This document shows, piece by piece, positions 63,624 to 64,000 of a DNA stretch of 64,000 bases. The stretch spans positions 46,806 to 110,805 of the forward strand of contig DAHVNA010000001.1 in the NCBI GenBank assembly GCA_027319565.1, read 5' to 3'. Within the stretch, counting starts at the first letter, position 1. Every line of letters begins with the position of its first letter. A model generated the notes under the pieces. It did no database searches. It was not told where the DNA came from and worked only from the letters and a program-made list of their open reading frames with translations. The position numbers were made by a program, and so were the translations under genes. Source of the stretch: Elusimicrobiota bacterium (GTDB lineage Bacteria; Elusimicrobiota; Elusimicrobia; UBA1565; UBA9628).

Positions 63624-64000
63624 CCGCCCCGGCGCTTTTTAATTTCGGCGATGATGAGGGGAATCAGCTCATAGAGATCGCCCACGACCGATAAGGACGC
63701 GGTTTTCATCATCGGGCATTCCGGGTCGGTGTTTAAGGCGAGAATGGTTCCGGAAGAGGACATGCCCGCCAGATGCTGGATCTGTCCAGATATTCCACAG
63801 GCGACATAGAGCTTGGGATGAACGGTTTTTCCCGTCAGCCCCACCTGATGGCTATAGGCAATCCATCCCGCGTCGACGGCTGCGCGGGAAGCCCCGACGG
63901 CGGCTTTAAGAGCGCTGGCGAGTTCGCGGATGATTTTAAATCCTTCTGCGTTTCCCAGTCCCCGTCCTCCGCTGACGATGCGTTCCGCGGTCCCAAGATC
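63620..64000 (-). CDS. etfA: Electron transfer flavoprotein alpha subunit, C-terminal part (gene runs off the window end)
   Basis: The frame stays open to the window edge. It reads ...[80 protein letters not shown]..., the ETF-alpha FAD-binding signature. Confidence 0.85.
   Translation of the reverse strand, partial: DLGTAERIVSGGRGLGNAEGFKIIRELASALKAAVGASRAAVDAGWIAYSHQVGLTGKTVHPKLYVACGISGQIQHLAGMSSSGTILALNTDPECPMMKTASLSVVGDLYELIPLIIAEIKKRRGG

Noticed and set aside
1-64000. Scanned by eye for CRISPR arrays, rRNA genes, long tandem repeats and IS-element terminal inverted repeats
   Set aside because: None was seen. The only repeats I can support are the 51-nt DUF167-tail duplication and the two GC-rich hairpin elements. 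A computational repeat search could reveal others that I cannot detect manually.

Overview
Densely coding 64-kb chromosomal segment from a diderm-type bacterium. It has a type IV pilus secretin and a heptosyltransferase, G+C is roughly 50% by eye, and I cannot assign a taxon from sequence alone.

Most of the window is ordinary operonic housekeeping. In order:
- partial typA
- an MscS-family channel
- a transporter-less regulatory PTS cluster (hpf-hprK-rapZ-ptsH-ptsI)
- lepA-lepB
- a vapBC toxin-antitoxin pair
- kdpFABC-kdpDE (kdpF is too short for the ORF track)
- an ArsR-type regulator and GTP-dependent PEP carboxykinase
- a ~7-kb Hyf/HycE-like membrane complex operon, headed by an HTH-EIIA(Ntr) protein and ending in a DUF167 gene
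- a ~16-kb same-strand gene string running from pilMNOPQ into an O-antigen-ligase-like gene, two YfhO-like GT-C proteins, GT9/GT2/GT4 glycosyltransferases, a flippase-like protein and asnB
- E1 alpha/beta of a 2-oxoacid dehydrogenase
- a CheY-like regulator, MGMT-like protein, anmK and a GAF histidine kinase
- a ClC channel, glutathione peroxidase and tRNA-Gly(GCC)
- a CPXCG zinc-ribbon protein, acnA, a thioesterase, an FAD oxidoreductase and partial etfA

The clear accessory region is a ~4.5-kb island at 21.5-26.0 kb. It is bracketed by an imperfect 51-nt duplication of the 3' end of the DUF167 gene and contains no integrase. Its six co-directional, tightly packed genes are a small ORF, Dcm, a putative REase, Vsr, a DUF262 protein and a HEPN-motif protein.

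The best candidate for an undescribed system is the AT-rich DUF262 + HEPN pair. The DUF262 protein has a ParB-like NTPase domain but no DUF1524/HNH nuclease. The coupled 175-aa protein carries an Rx4H (RNELAH) motif.

Secondary points of interest:
- The HycE-like large subunit appears to lack three of the four NiFe-ligand cysteines, which is Ehr-like.
- An EIIA(Ntr)-HTH protein is translationally coupled to that operon, in a window that has HPr, EI, HprK and RapZ but no PTS permease.
- GC-rich hairpin repeats occur twice, and one copy has been absorbed into a coding sequence.
- An orphan plus-strand terminator suggests a small RNA.
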